Part shown: positions 38,703 through 49,378 of the stretch, piece after piece | Layout: the number at the start of each line of letters is the position of its first letter | Numbering within the stretch: position 1 is the first letter of the stretch | NCBI GenBank assembly: GCA_021810045.1 | Contig: JAJZJR010000004.1 | Coordinates: 18,351-82,350 of the forward strand | Length of the DNA: 64,000 nucleotides | From: Thermoplasmata archaeon | GTDB taxonomy: Archaea > Thermoplasmatota > Thermoplasmata > Thermoplasmatales > Thermoplasmataceae | Reading direction: 5' to 3' | Notes under the pieces: generated by a model | Database searches by the model: none | Told to the model about the DNA's origin: nothing | The model's input: the letters and a program-made list of their open reading frames with translations, nothing else | Translations under genes and position numbers: made by a program

Positions 38703-40385
38703 ATGAAAGTCAATGTCTGCCTTGTCCACCCCCCAAGCATTTATGACTTCAGGAAGAAAGATTTGAGGTACGGCCCCATAAGTGATGTTGTTCCCTCAAC
38801 TCCCCTCTTTGAAATGTATCCGGTTGGGTTCATAAGCATGCTGAACTCCCTGGTTGAAAACGGATACAATGCAAGAATAAGCAACATTGCAGTTCTGATG
38901 CTTGGTTCTGGCAAATTCGACGCAGAAAAATATCTTTCGGGCATAGAGGCAGACATATTCGGTATTGATCTTCACTGGCTTCCCCATGTACATGGGGCAA
39001 TCAACCTTGCGAGGATCATCAAGGAACTGCATCCTGAATCAAAGGTACTAATGGGCGGATATTCTTCCACATATTTTTCCAACGAGATAATGACTGAGTT
39101 CCCCTTTATTGATTTCATCCTGAAAGGTGACCTTCAGGAGAACACTATTGTGGCTCTTGCCGAGGCGGTTGAGGGAAACAGGGATCTTTCACAGATTCCG
39201 AATCTTTTGTACAGGGAAGGAAATAAGATAAGACAAAACCAGCCAGCCACTGATCCAAGAGCAATAGATCAGATCCTGTTGAACTACAATCTACTGATGA
39301 AGAACGCCATAAAGTACGGTGATGTAAAAGGTCATCTCCCATACAAAATGTGGATCAAGAATCCTTCAGCAATGACCCTCATCGAACATGGATGCCAGTA
39401 CAACTGTGGTTTTTGCGGCGGATCAAACTTTGCTTTTTCCCACAATTATTTCAAAGGTTCTCCAATATTCAGGAATCCTGACAGAATTGCCGAGGAACTC
39501 GAGATAATCCAGGACAGCATTGGAACTCCAGTATTCATTGCCGGTGACATATATGCAGCGGGTGAGGAATTCCAGGAGGGATTTTTCATGGCGGCAAAGG
39601 AACGGGGTGTGGATATTCCTCTACTGACAGAATACTTTGTACCTCCCGCACCGGAATATTTCCAGAAACTGAGCAGATATTTCCCGGATTTTACCGCAGA
39701 AATTTCTCCTGATTCATCCAATGAGAATATCAGGCTCATTGCAGGGAGAGGATATTCAAACCATGATCTAGAAAAATCAATACTGAATGCAGCTAAGAAC
39801 GGATGCAGGAAGTTCGACGTGTACTTCACCATTGGACTCCCTAAACAGAAGAGAGAGGATGTGATCAGGGATGTCGAGTTTTCGGAATATCTCATGTCAC
39901 AGCATATTGAAAGGAACATGGAAATGCATGCTTTCCTTTCTCCACTGACTCCATTCCTGGACCCAGGTTCCCTGTTTTATGAGATGCATGACAAATATGG
40001 AATCACTCTCAGGGCAAAAACACTGGGAGATTATTACATGCTGCTTGATCAGGGAAAGAGCTGGGAAGACTACCTGAATTATGAAACAAGTGAGATGACA
40101 AGGGAAGATCTTGTAAATGTTACTTATGAGGCAGGGAAAATGATGGCCCAGGTAAGGGAAAGGCTTGGACTTATCACCAAAACAGAAATGAACAGGATCA
40201 CGAAAAACATTGATGCTTACAGGGATGGAAGTGCCATTTCTGTTGGCGATGCCATGGGAATGCACCTGAATTACATGATCAAGGAAATTGAATGGTCCAG
40301 GAGGCATAATATCACATACTCCTCCTTCCTCATATTCCTCTACAGATACTATGACGGACTGAGGAACAGGATACACCCGAGCTGA
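38703..40385 (+). CDS. B12-binding domain radical SAM protein (Ta0216/TIGR04190-like)
   Basis: HPPSIYDFR, FEMYPVGF, DLHWLPH, CQYNCGFC and PFLDPGS. Confidence 0.88.
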   Translation: MKVNVCLVHPPSIYDFRKKDLRYGPISDVVPSTPLFEMYPVGFISMLNSLVENGYNARISNIAVLMLGSGKFDAEKYLSGIEADIFGIDLHWLPHVHGAINLARIIKELHPESKVLMGGYSSTYFSNEIMTEFPFIDFILKGDLQENTIVALAEAVEGNRDLSQIPNLLYREGNKIRQNQPATDPRAIDQILLNYNLLMKNAIKYGDVKGHLPYKMWIKNPSAMTLIEHGCQYNCGFCGGSNFAFSHNYFKGSPIFRNPDRIAEELEIIQDSIGTPVFIAGDIYAAGEEFQEGFFMAAKERGVDIPLLTEYFVPPAPEYFQKLSRYFPDFTAEISPDSSNENIRLIAGRGYSNHDLEKSILNAAKNGCRKFDVYFTIGLPKQKREDVIRDVEFSEYLMSQHIERNMEMHAFLSPLTPFLDPGSLFYEMHDKYGITLRAKTLGDYYMLLDQGKSWEDYLNYETSEMTREDLVNVTYEAGKMMAQVRERLGLITKTEMNRITKNIDAYRDGSAISVGDAMGMHLNYMIKEIEWSRRHNITYSSFLIFLYRYYDGLRNRIHPS

Positions 40386-41270
40386 TCAGGATGAGTTCTT
40401 AAGGTTCCAGTACGCCCTGTCAAGGGCTCTGTTCACTTTGTCCTGCAGTACAGTGAGATCCTCTACTGAGGAGAATCTCATTACCACAGAATATGTATTC
40501 GATCCGGAAGCTTTTGAGGTCAGGTATATCTCAGCGGTAAATTCCCTGTCGTTACCTGAAGAAACCAGCACTTCTTCCCTGGCCTTTTCCATGAATTTAT
40601 CTGCAGGGATATCAGACGGAAGTGTTACGGTAATCGTGTATGTAAGTGCCTTCCCTGTGCCAAGGGAAGTGAAAACAGTGCTCCCCAGCAGGGCAGTATT
40701 CGGGACCATAACAGTCTGTCCCACAGAGTTTTTAATTCTTGTATGCAGGACTTTCACATCTTCCACTCTTCCGGTTATGGTCTGGCCGAAAAGCCATGAA
40801 TAGATTGATATGGCATCTCCGGGCTTGATGAAGCCTCCTCCGCTGACCATTATACCTGAGAGAAGATTGGAAACAACTGACTGGACAGCAAAACCAATGA
40901 CTACGCCACCTATTGCCCCTCCAACCAGTGCGCCCTCGAGGTTCACTCCAATTGAGGAAAGGAACCAGAAGATTACTACTGCGTAGATAATAATCCTTAT
41001 TATGATGAAAATACCTCTGAAGTCCCTCTTCCCCTCAGTTCTCTCTGAGATATTCCCTATAAGATGACCTATGACTCTGACTGTTGCCACTGCCAGCCCA
41101 ATGGCAACCACTGCAGATATGGCATCGTGGATGTAAGGCAGGTAACTGGTGAGAACAGGATAACTCTTTGACAGGAATGAGAAGAAATAATCTGCAGCAT
41201 AGAGGATCGCAACAGAAACAACAATTGCAGCAATTATCCTTGAAATACTTCCCCTTATGGAGCCTGGCAT
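40386..41270 (-). CDS. mscS: Small-conductance mechanosensitive channel
   Basis: GVVIGFAVQSVVSNLLSG, KPGD, GRVEDV and VPN. Confidence 0.88.
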   Translation of the reverse strand: MPGSIRGSISRIIAAIVVSVAILYAADYFFSFLSKSYPVLTSYLPYIHDAISAVVAIGLAVATVRVIGHLIGNISERTEGKRDFRGIFIIIRIIIYAVVIFWFLSSIGVNLEGALVGGAIGGVVIGFAVQSVVSNLLSGIMVSGGGFIKPGDAISIYSWLFGQTITGRVEDVKVLHTRIKNSVGQTVMVPNTALLGSTVFTSLGTGKALTYTITVTLPSDIPADKFMEKAREEVLVSSGNDREFTAEIYLTSKASGSNTYSVVMRFSSVEDLTVLQDKVNRALDRAYWNLKNSS

Positions 41271-41375
41271 GATACTGGATATTCTTCATTGTTTATAGCG
41301 ATTGCCGGGAAATACCGTCCATAACAGGCATGTGTGACACGTGCCAAATACAGCAAACTGGCTCTGAAATATATA

Positions 41376-41401
41376 AAACGGGAAAAAGAAGCCTCCCGTT
41401 T
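41376..41401 (-). terminator. Hairpin followed by a T-rich tract; putative kdp terminator
   Basis: AAACGGGA / TCCCGTTT 8-bp stem next to the ISL3 left TSD. Confidence 0.4.
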
Positions 41402-41415
41402 CTTTTAATTATTTA

Positions 41416-42715
41416 GGTTCTTCCCACTTTCATGTGGGTAATTTTATCTAACATTTAGATATATTATTTCATGGACGACTGCCAGCTCTATTCTACACTT
41501 CTTGAATTGAAAATGCCCTGGAAGGTTGAGAAGGTTGCACTTGATTCAACGAAAAAGACGGTGGAGATATACGTATCTCATGAAAAGGGATCAAAGCTCC
41601 ACTGCCCGGAATGCAGAAAGGAATGTATGGTTTATGATCATTTGAAGGAGAGGGTATGGAGAGACCTTGACAGCGTAGATTTCATGACGTTCATCCATGC
41701 ATCGCCTCCAAGAATATCATGCCCAGAACACGGCATCATAGAGGCATTGCTTCCCTGGACAGAGAAAACATCAAGGTTCTCCATGAGATTCGAAACACGG
41801 TCCATAAGGATGCTCCAGAACATGGACACCTTCAACTTCACCGAAATCATGAAATTGTCATGGAAGCAGGCATGGAATATTATCGATCGTGCAGTGAAGA
41901 GAGGCAGGTCAAGGAAGAGCGGCCATCCCTCTGTGATCGGGATAGACGAGAAATCATACAGGAGGGGGCACAAGTACATCACGCTCGTATATGACACGGT
42001 AAACAATGGCGTCGATTACATTGCATACGACAGGAAGAAGAAGTCTCTTGACGAGTATTATAAGACGCTGACAGAACAGGAACTCTCCTCGATAACTGCA
42101 GTATCCATGGACATGTGGGACCCCTTCATGTCTTCAACGGTGAAGCACGTTCCTGATGCGGATTCCAAGATCGTGTTTGACAGGTTTCATGTGACGAAAC
42201 ATGTAAACGAGGCTGTGGACACAACACGAAAAGAAGAGAACAGGAAACTTGTGAAGGGTGGCGTAATGGATCTCAAGGGTACAAGGTACATATGGCTGTA
42301 TGCCTCCGATAATCTGCCTGAAAAATACAGGGAAAGGTACAATGATCTCAAGAGATCTGACCTGGAGACGGGGAAGGCGTATTCGATGAAGGAGAACATA
42401 CGGAATCTCTGGAACATGCCATCGCTGGAAGAGGGGAGAAAATACTGGGAAAGCTGGTATAACTGGGTAATCCACTCATCAATACGGGCAATGAAGGACG
42501 TTGCAAGGATGATGAAGGTTCACATTGAAAGGATACTGAACTACTTTATCCACAGGATCACAAATGCAAGGGCTGAAGGCATCAATTCCAAGATTGCACT
42601 CATAGAGAAGATGGCCTATGGATACAGAAATAAGGAGCACCTGAAGATTGCAATATACTTCAGGTGCGGGAATTTACAGCTTTACCCATGAACCCACATG
42701 AAAGTGCGAAGACTC
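41416..42715 (+). mobile_element. ISL3-family insertion sequence, 1300 bp
   Basis: 24-bp TIRs GGTTCTTCCCACTTTCATGTGGGT / ACCCACATGAAAGTGCGAAGACTC (21/24 match); 8-bp TSD ATTATTTA at 41408-41415 and 42716-42723. Confidence 0.95.
41471..42691 (+). CDS. ISL3 transposase
   Basis: CPEC zinc finger, GIDE, SMDMW, DRFHV, TNARAEGINSKI and AYGYRN. Confidence 0.96.
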   Translation: MDDCQLYSTLLELKMPWKVEKVALDSTKKTVEIYVSHEKGSKLHCPECRKECMVYDHLKERVWRDLDSVDFMTFIHASPPRISCPEHGIIEALLPWTEKTSRFSMRFETRSIRMLQNMDTFNFTEIMKLSWKQAWNIIDRAVKRGRSRKSGHPSVIGIDEKSYRRGHKYITLVYDTVNNGVDYIAYDRKKKSLDEYYKTLTEQELSSITAVSMDMWDPFMSSTVKHVPDADSKIVFDRFHVTKHVNEAVDTTRKEENRKLVKGGVMDLKGTRYIWLYASDNLPEKYRERYNDLKRSDLETGKAYSMKENIRNLWNMPSLEEGRKYWESWYNWVIHSSIRAMKDVARMMKVHIERILNYFIHRITNARAEGINSKIALIEKMAYGYRNKEHLKIAIYFRCGNLQLYP

Positions 42716-42742
42716 ATTATTTAAAAAATGAAAGATGAAAGA

Positions 42743-43210
42743 TCATTTCCCTGTTTCATTGTAGATTTTTCCGTAGACAGATACAGTGTTGTGGAAATGA
42801 TCAATTATCTGTATGTTCAGGTACAGAGAATCAACATAGGCAGTTCCAAAGAAGAACATTGAGTAATGGGTATTGTTGTGGATTAGTCCTGCAAGGTAAG
42901 CCATGGAAATGCCTGTCGAGTTGTGAATAACCTGGGCTTGGGCAAGTGCACTTGCCACTGTTATATCCGGATCCACTCCTGAAGCTGAGTCATTCCTCAC
43001 GTTGAACAGATAGTGCGAGTTGTTTGTAGACTGCCCGATGAGGTAAGAGCCAACAGTGGTATTGTTCACCTGAGCCAGTTCCCCGTTTGCCTGGTAAGGG
43101 AACAGTGCCTGACCTATGCCAGTAATAGCTGCTGGAAACGCCAATCCACAAATTATGGCAAGGACTAGAGCCAACCTCATGGTGCCTGAAATCATTTTTC
43201 CAACTTTCAT
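42743..43210 (-). CDS. kdpC: K+-transporting ATPase subunit C (short form)
   Basis: FPYQANG, GSYLIGQ and SASGVDPDI. Confidence 0.9.
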   Translation of the reverse strand: MKVGKMISGTMRLALVLAIICGLAFPAAITGIGQALFPYQANGELAQVNNTTVGSYLIGQSTNNSHYLFNVRNDSASGVDPDITVASALAQAQVIHNSTGISMAYLAGLIHNNTHYSMFFFGTAYVDSLYLNIQIIDHFHNTVSVYGKIYNETGK

Positions 43211-45369
43211 AATACTCCTCCCGAAAATACCAGGAATACAGCAATCAGCTTTATTGCCGCAAATGGCAGCAGCACCCCACCGACTCCATAAAGAAGCAGA
43301 TTCTTCAGGAAAATTCTCATTGTGCTCTGCGGCCTGAACCTGGTGCCCTTCAATGCTATGGGTATCAATGCAGGAATGACTAGGGCATTGAATATTAGGG
43401 CAGAAAGCACTGCAATATGTGGAGACAGGCCAAGAATGTTCAAAGCATCCAGTGCAGAAATGCTGGCAAACATCACAGGCACTATGGCAAAGTACTTGGC
43501 AACATCATTTGTTATACTGAATGTCGTAACAGCGCCCCTGGTCATAAGAAGCTGCTTTCCAAGCATCACCACATCTATGATTTTTGAAGGGTTTGACTCA
43601 AGGTCCACCATATTGGCAGCATCCTTTGCAGCAAATGTTCCAGAGGCCATTGCTAGACCGACGTCCGCCGCGGCGAGGGCTGGGGCATCGTTTGTACCGT
43701 CTCCTATCATGGCCACAATCCTGTTCTCTGCCTGCTCATCCTTGACCTTCTGGTATTTGGTCTCGGGTTTTGCCTGGGCAACGAATTCATCAATCCCGAC
43801 CTCTCCTGCAATGCTCTTTGCTGTGAGCGGGTGATCACCTGTTATCATGACAGGCCTGATTCCCATTTTCTTGAGGCCAAGTATCTTTTCCATTATTCCC
43901 TGCTTTATCACATCCTTGAAATATATCAGCCCTAAGATATCGCCATTAATGGAAACTGCAATGGGTGTTCCCCCGGTAGATGTTATTTTTGTGACAGTTT
44001 CATCATAACCTTCAGGCACGGAGCTTGCTGACTCCCTTATGGCATCAGGAGCGCCCTTGTGAATTATTGTCTCTTCAGTCAGGGGAGTCTGGAGCTCGAA
44101 TTTCTTCCTGAACCTGTGCCTCTGGAAGAATTCCCTTCCGCCCTTGGGTAGGGTGAAGTCATCGGAGTCAACAAGGGTTATTCCGCTCCTTCTTGTGACC
44201 GCGCTGAACTCCTCATGAACCCCCTCCCTGAGGGCATCATACTCCCTAGGCACGAATTTTCTCTGGAATGCCAGTTCAACAATGCTCCTTCCCTCAGGCG
44301 TGTCATCATTCCACGACGACAGGAATGCAGCCTCTGCAAGTTCCCTTTCCGTGTGGTTGCCCAACGGAATGAATTCATGTGCGAGCCTGTTTCCTACAGT
44401 TATTGTTCCTGTCTTGTCAAGCAGTATTGTATCAGCGTCACCCGCAGTCTCTACGGCTTTCCCTGACTTGGCAATGATGCTGTTTTTCGACATCCTGGTG
44501 ATTCCAGATATGCCTATGGCCGGAAGCAGTGCGCCAATAGTGGTTGGAAGAAGGCACACATAGAGCGCAATGAGCACTGAAAGGTCGGCCCCAAGATTGA
44601 GGAGAAGGGATAGTGCAATGAGTGCAACCAGTATTATTGTGAACACACCGGTGAGCCCAAGCAACAGGATCGAAAGAGCAACCTCATTGGGCGTCTTTGG
44701 CCTCTCTGAAGATTCAACCATCTTTACTAGCTTGCTTATATAGGTCTCGTCAGGGTTCACATTCACAACTGCAACAATGGAGTCACTTATAACAGTGGCT
44801 CCTCCAATAACAGTATCACCCTTTGATTTCCTGACTCCCGCCGATTCCCCGGTGAGAAGGGATTCATCAACCATTGCAATGCCTTCTACAACTTCCGCAT
44901 CAATTGGGATCTGGTCTCCCTTCTCAATGAGTATTACATCCCCTTTCCTGAGATCAGAGGACTTTACCATTTCAATGGTTCTTCCACCGGCTTCGTTCTC
45001 CCGTATCCTCCTAGCGATCCCCTCCTTTTCCAGTTTCTTCAGGCTGGCGGCCGTTGTCCTGGATCTTGCCTCTGCAAAGGAGTCAGAAATGGTGCTGAAC
45101 CATACAGTAACAATAAGGATTGCTGCAACATAGGCATAGAAAACCCTGTCACTCTGGTGTGCCATATGTGGAAAGGCTCCAGGCGCGATAGTCATGAGCA
45201 AAACCACTATGAATGACAGTTCAACAACAAACATAACGGGATTCTTGATCAGCCTGATCGGGTTCAACCTCAGGAGAGAGTCTTTAATGACATATGGCCA
45301 GCTGACAGATTCTCCGAGACTTTCAGGTGGTACATTCTTTCCTCTATTCCGTTTCTGATTAAAGTGCAT
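43207..45369 (-). CDS. kdpB: K+-transporting P-type ATPase subunit B
   Basis: KNPVMF, TGES, CLLPTTIG, DKTGT and GDGTNDAPAL. Confidence 0.97.
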   Translation of the reverse strand: MHFNQKRNRGKNVPPESLGESVSWPYVIKDSLLRLNPIRLIKNPVMFVVELSFIVVLLMTIAPGAFPHMAHQSDRVFYAYVAAILIVTVWFSTISDSFAEARSRTTAASLKKLEKEGIARRIRENEAGGRTIEMVKSSDLRKGDVILIEKGDQIPIDAEVVEGIAMVDESLLTGESAGVRKSKGDTVIGGATVISDSIVAVVNVNPDETYISKLVKMVESSERPKTPNEVALSILLLGLTGVFTIILVALIALSLLLNLGADLSVLIALYVCLLPTTIGALLPAIGISGITRMSKNSIIAKSGKAVETAGDADTILLDKTGTITVGNRLAHEFIPLGNHTERELAEAAFLSSWNDDTPEGRSIVELAFQRKFVPREYDALREGVHEEFSAVTRRSGITLVDSDDFTLPKGGREFFQRHRFRKKFELQTPLTEETIIHKGAPDAIRESASSVPEGYDETVTKITSTGGTPIAVSINGDILGLIYFKDVIKQGIMEKILGLKKMGIRPVMITGDHPLTAKSIAGEVGIDEFVAQAKPETKYQKVKDEQAENRIVAMIGDGTNDAPALAAADVGLAMASGTFAAKDAANMVDLESNPSKIIDVVMLGKQLLMTRGAVTTFSITNDVAKYFAIVPVMFASISALDALNILGLSPHIAVLSALIFNALVIPALIPIALKGTRFRPQSTMRIFLKNLLLYGVGGVLLPFAAIKLIAVFLVFSGGVL

Positions 45370-47020
45370 TTTTTAACCCCCCCAGATGCATGAGAATGGG
45401 CCCAATGGAAAGGAATGGGAAGAACGTGAGGACAGCAAGAATGAATATGCTTGCAATCAGTACTACAGGGAAGACCAGGTTATCGGTCCTAAGTGCAATT
45501 TCAGCGCTTCTCTTCCTGTCCTGCATTCTTCCCGCTATAGCTAGCATTATGAGTATGGGAATGAAACGGCCAGCCCACATCACTATTCCCGTGGAAACAT
45601 TGAAGAAGACGGTATTGGCTTCTGTCCCCAGGAAATCCGAACCGTTGTTTGCGGCAGATGACGTAAACTCATAGAATACCTGGGTGAATCCCACAGGTCC
45701 GTTTCCGAATCCAAGCGCATGGACAGCGCCTGTTGCATAGGCCAAAGCTGTGGGGATCAGTATTATTATGGGGTGCGACAGGAAGCCCAGAACGGCAAGC
45801 TTAACATCTTTTGCGTTTATTTTCGCTCCCAGATATTCTGGCGTTTTTCCAGCCATGAGTCCGACGATGAATACGGTTATAATCACATACATTAGCATAT
45901 ACATGGCACCAACGCCAATCCCTCCTGGAGTGGCTTGGATAATCATTCCCATGAAAGCAGACAAGATCACTATTGGATTCATTGCCGCAAGGGAAGTGTT
46001 AACCGAGCCCGTTGTAAACGCTGTTGTTGTAACGGTCCAAAAGACTGGAGAGAAACCGCCAAACCTTGTTTCCATTCCAGCTCCGAGAGAGAAGACAGGG
46101 ACAAGTGCGATTGCCAGGTCGATAGCGTACAATCCGTAAGATGCAAGGACAATGCTTCTTCCTTCTCCCTTCTTTCCCAGCATACGCCCAAATAGGAATA
46201 TGACCGATGTAGGAAGAAGCATCATCATGCCCAGTTCAAGGTAGTTAGTCAGCGGGCTCGGATTCTGCAGGGGATAGGCCGAGTTTGCACTGAAATATCC
46301 GCCTCCATTTGTTCCCAGCTGCATTATTGACACTAGTGATGCGACTGGTCCTACCTTTATGATCTGTGCCGCTCCAGAAAGCGTTTGGACAATGCTGTAT
46401 CCGGAAAGGGATTGGGGGATGCCAAAGGCTATGAGAATTACGGCCGATATTAAGGATAATGGAATGAGCACTCTTGTGATACTTTTCACAAGATCGACAT
46501 AGAAATTGCCGAGTTTTGCCCCATCTTTTTTCTTCCCCGAAAAACCCCTGAAAATGGCAACGGCCACAGCAAGCCCTGTAGCAGCTGAAGTGAATTGAAG
46601 GAATTGTATACCAACCATCTGGCTGAGGTAAGAAAGAGATGAACCTCCTCCGTAGTGCTGGAGGTTTGTATTTGAGGAGATGGACATGGCGGTGTTTAGT
46701 GCCAGTGACCAGCTCAAATCTGGAAATTTCATTGGATTAAGTGGAAGGAATCCCTGGAAGAACAGGACCAGAAATGAAATAACAGCAGTCATTATACTGA
46801 AGCTGAAAAGTGCAAGGAAATATTCTTTCCAGTCCATCTCCTTGTTTCTGTCAATCCCAATTATGCGGTAAATAAAGCTTTCAACGGGATTCAGGATCCA
46901 GTCAAGAAATGTCTTCTCGTTTTCATAAACTTTTTTCAAATATTTGGAAAGTCCCCATGCAAGGCCGATAATTATGGTCCAAACCAGAGCAATTATAAGG
47001 AGATATTCTGCCCCGATCAT
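45359..47020 (-). CDS. kdpA: K+-transporting ATPase subunit A
   Basis: NTNLQHY, LGTNGGG, TTGSVN and SAANNGS. Confidence 0.96.
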   Translation of the reverse strand: MIGAEYLLIIALVWTIIIGLAWGLSKYLKKVYENEKTFLDWILNPVESFIYRIIGIDRNKEMDWKEYFLALFSFSIMTAVISFLVLFFQGFLPLNPMKFPDLSWSLALNTAMSISSNTNLQHYGGGSSLSYLSQMVGIQFLQFTSAATGLAVAVAIFRGFSGKKKDGAKLGNFYVDLVKSITRVLIPLSLISAVILIAFGIPQSLSGYSIVQTLSGAAQIIKVGPVASLVSIMQLGTNGGGYFSANSAYPLQNPSPLTNYLELGMMMLLPTSVIFLFGRMLGKKGEGRSIVLASYGLYAIDLAIALVPVFSLGAGMETRFGGFSPVFWTVTTTAFTTGSVNTSLAAMNPIVILSAFMGMIIQATPGGIGVGAMYMLMYVIITVFIVGLMAGKTPEYLGAKINAKDVKLAVLGFLSHPIIILIPTALAYATGAVHALGFGNGPVGFTQVFYEFTSSAANNGSDFLGTEANTVFFNVSTGIVMWAGRFIPILIMLAIAGRMQDRKRSAEIALRTDNLVFPVVLIASIFILAVLTFFPFLSIGPILMHLGGLKNAL

Positions 47021-47118
47021 GATGGTTTTCCTTCCTTTCTCACAAAATAGCTCAGAAATGAATTTTCAAGTAAGTGGGAGCTTGCAAGGCCCCTGAAAAT
47101 TCGTGGACCGTAAAGCAT
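47017..47118 (-). CDS. Putative 33-aa ORF in the kdpF position
   Basis: MLYGPRIFRGLASSHLLENSFLSYFVRKEGKPS; ATGA overlap with the kdpA start; AT-rich promoter-like sequence upstream. Confidence 0.35.
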   Translation of the reverse strand: MLYGPRIFRGLASSHLLENSFLSYFVRKEGKPS

Positions 47119-47232
47119 CTTATTCAATATATTATAGAAAATATATCTGATTCCTTTAATATCATATTCACAGTACATAGTGTTGCCTCCATATTCAAAT
47201 TAACAACGAAAATGATCCTGAAGAGGATCAAA

Positions 47233-47547
47233 TTACCGTTTTCTGTTTTCCAGTGAAACGGGATTGGCTCTAGGCCCTTTTGCAGCGCTCAGAACTATTG
47301 AGCTGACTACACTTTTGACACCGGGAATCTTCATAATTTTATTCTTCAGTGTATCCCGGAATTCTTCTATACTTTTGGAACTAACAACAGTGGCTATATC
47401 AAATTCTCCTGTCACTTCGTAAGCTTCTTCGACTGAGTCGAGCAGACGGAGTTCACCGATTACCTCTTCTACTTTGGTGGTGTCCACAAAAATATCGACT
47501 ATTGCCGTGACCTGCTTTTCGTTTTCAAACTCGTTTCCGACAGTCAT
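47233..47547 (-). CDS. Stand-alone Lrp/AsnC ligand-binding domain protein
   Basis: VEEAYEVTGEFDI ... IPGVKSVVSSIV; no HTH. Confidence 0.85.
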   Translation of the reverse strand: MTVGNEFENEKQVTAIVDIFVDTTKVEEVIGELRLLDSVEEAYEVTGEFDIATVVSSKSIEEFRDTLKNKIMKIPGVKSVVSSIVLSAAKGPRANPVSLENRKR

Positions 47548-47897
47548 CGCTCTGCCCAGTGGATTATGTTGGGATATTAATATATTTGGTTATTTTTGTA
47601 TCGATAATTAGATAATAGTTGAAAAAACAGATTTTCCAGATAACAGTATAAATACTGCAATCGACGTGATTTTTTATACCCATGGCACATCATTTCATGC
47701 ATTATTTAATCTTAATTGAGCAACACAATTCTGCAAACTTAATCGATGCGATTATACTTATGACGTGACTTCTTCAAATTTCTTGGCAACGTGTTGAGAG
47801 GACGGCCAGACAATCTTTCCAATCATACTTGTTGGACATTTGTATGTACGTATCCATAAAAAAGTATGTTTTATAACATACAAATGTATTTACAACA

Positions 47898-48572
47898 GTG
47901 AAGAAGGAAGAATTCATGGATTATCTATCTTCCAATGAGATCAAGGTATTCAACATCCATGATGCTGCTAAAATATTCGGAAAACCTGAAAAATACGTCT
48001 CTATGAGGCTTACTTCGATGCCCAAGATAAAAAGAGCAACAAGAGGGGTTTACTATATTTATGATGCCGACGTGAGTGAAATTGCCACAAAGATCGTAGT
48101 TCCTTCATACATAAGCCTCATTTCTGCTTTCGCACTCCACAATGTCACTACACAGATGCCTCTTGAAATTCATGTCATAGCTCCGGTTCAGCATCGAACA
48201 CTCGAAGTGGAAGGCTATAAAATCAGGTTCATAAAGTTCACGCAAGAAAGAATTTTTGGCTATTCCAGGATCAATGGCAGCATGGTCGCCATTCTGGAAA
48301 AGGCTATTGTTGATTCGCTTTACCTGAATCTGTACACAAATGAGGCTATGGAAGTAGTAATGGACAACATTTCTCTTCTTGACAAAGCGAAACTAATAGA
48401 TTATGGGATACGGATGAGGTCCAAGGCCACCATAAGTCGACTCGGCTATCTTATGGAAATGGCAGGATACGATGCAGGTAGGCTGGAAGAATTGCGATCG
48501 GAGAGGTATGTGAGGTTTAGTGATACAGGGACTTCCAAAAACATGAAGTGGAGGGTAATCTATGCTGAATAG
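47898..48572 (+). CDS. abiEi: Type IV TA antitoxin, AbiEi-like
   Basis: N-terminal wHTH, RGVY, PSYISLISAF and EKAIVDSL. Confidence 0.85.
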   Translation: MKKEEFMDYLSSNEIKVFNIHDAAKIFGKPEKYVSMRLTSMPKIKRATRGVYYIYDADVSEIATKIVVPSYISLISAFALHNVTTQMPLEIHVIAPVQHRTLEVEGYKIRFIKFTQERIFGYSRINGSMVAILEKAIVDSLYLNLYTNEAMEVVMDNISLLDKAKLIDYGIRMRSKATISRLGYLMEMAGYDAGRLEELRSERYVRFSDTGTSKNMKWRVIYAE

Positions 48573-49302
48573 GGAGGAACTTATCCAGGCACCAATTGAC
48601 TTCAACATGTACCAGAAAGAGAAGGATTATCTTCAGCACATCGTCCTTTCCAGAGTTTTCTCCAGGACAAGTTCAGAGCTGACATTCAAGGGTGGTACCG
48701 CCATTCAAAAGTGCTTAGGGCTGAACAGGTTCTCTGAGGATCTCGACTTCACCGCCTCTGAAAATTTTAGCAGCGAGAAACTTGAAAGAAGTCTGGAAGA
48801 AATGGGGAGGTTCTACCCATGTTCTGTGTCGAAGGTTGAAAATAATACCTCTCTCAGCTACAAGTTGAAGATAGAGGGGCCTTTGTTTCACGGTCCACTC
48901 TCACTACAAACCATACGAATTGATATAAGCTTGAGGGAAGAGATTCTGCTTACCCCGATAAATCGCATAGTCACCCCACTCTACATTGATCTCCAACCGT
49001 ACATGGTCGTATTCATGGATCCAAGAGAGATTATGTCTGAAAAGATTAGAGCCCTGATGACACGAGCTAAGGCGAGGGACTTGTACGATGTATATTACCT
49101 GTGTCAGAAAAATGTGGCGTTTGATCTGCATCTGGCATCCAGGAAACTTGAATTCTACTCGTTGGAATTTAACAGGGATATTTTGTTGGAAAGGGCGAAC
49201 AGATTAGAATTCCAATGGGAAAAAGAAATTCCTAGTCTGGTAAGGAATGTCCCCAATTTCGATCTTGTTATTTCAACGCTGAGCGAGTTTATCAAGACGT
49301 GA
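48562..49302 (+). CDS. abiEii: Type IV TA toxin, AbiEii nucleotidyltransferase
   Basis: EKDY, FKGGT, RFSEDLDF, EKIRAL and RDLYD. Confidence 0.92.
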   Translation: MLNREELIQAPIDFNMYQKEKDYLQHIVLSRVFSRTSSELTFKGGTAIQKCLGLNRFSEDLDFTASENFSSEKLERSLEEMGRFYPCSVSKVENNTSLSYKLKIEGPLFHGPLSLQTIRIDISLREEILLTPINRIVTPLYIDLQPYMVVFMDPREIMSEKIRALMTRAKARDLYDVYYLCQKNVAFDLHLASRKLEFYSLEFNRDILLERANRLEFQWEKEIPSLVRNVPNFDLVISTLSEFIKT

Positions 49303-49378
49303 GAGCATGCTTGTAAAAACCACATTTGACCACAGAGACCAGGTTTTCAAACTGTCTGGTCAGCAACTGATTGATATT

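Noticed and set aside
41327..41345. Imperfect palindrome GGCATGTGTGACACGTGCC upstream of mscS
   Set aside because: Single occurrence with no assignable regulator, so there is too little support for an operator call.
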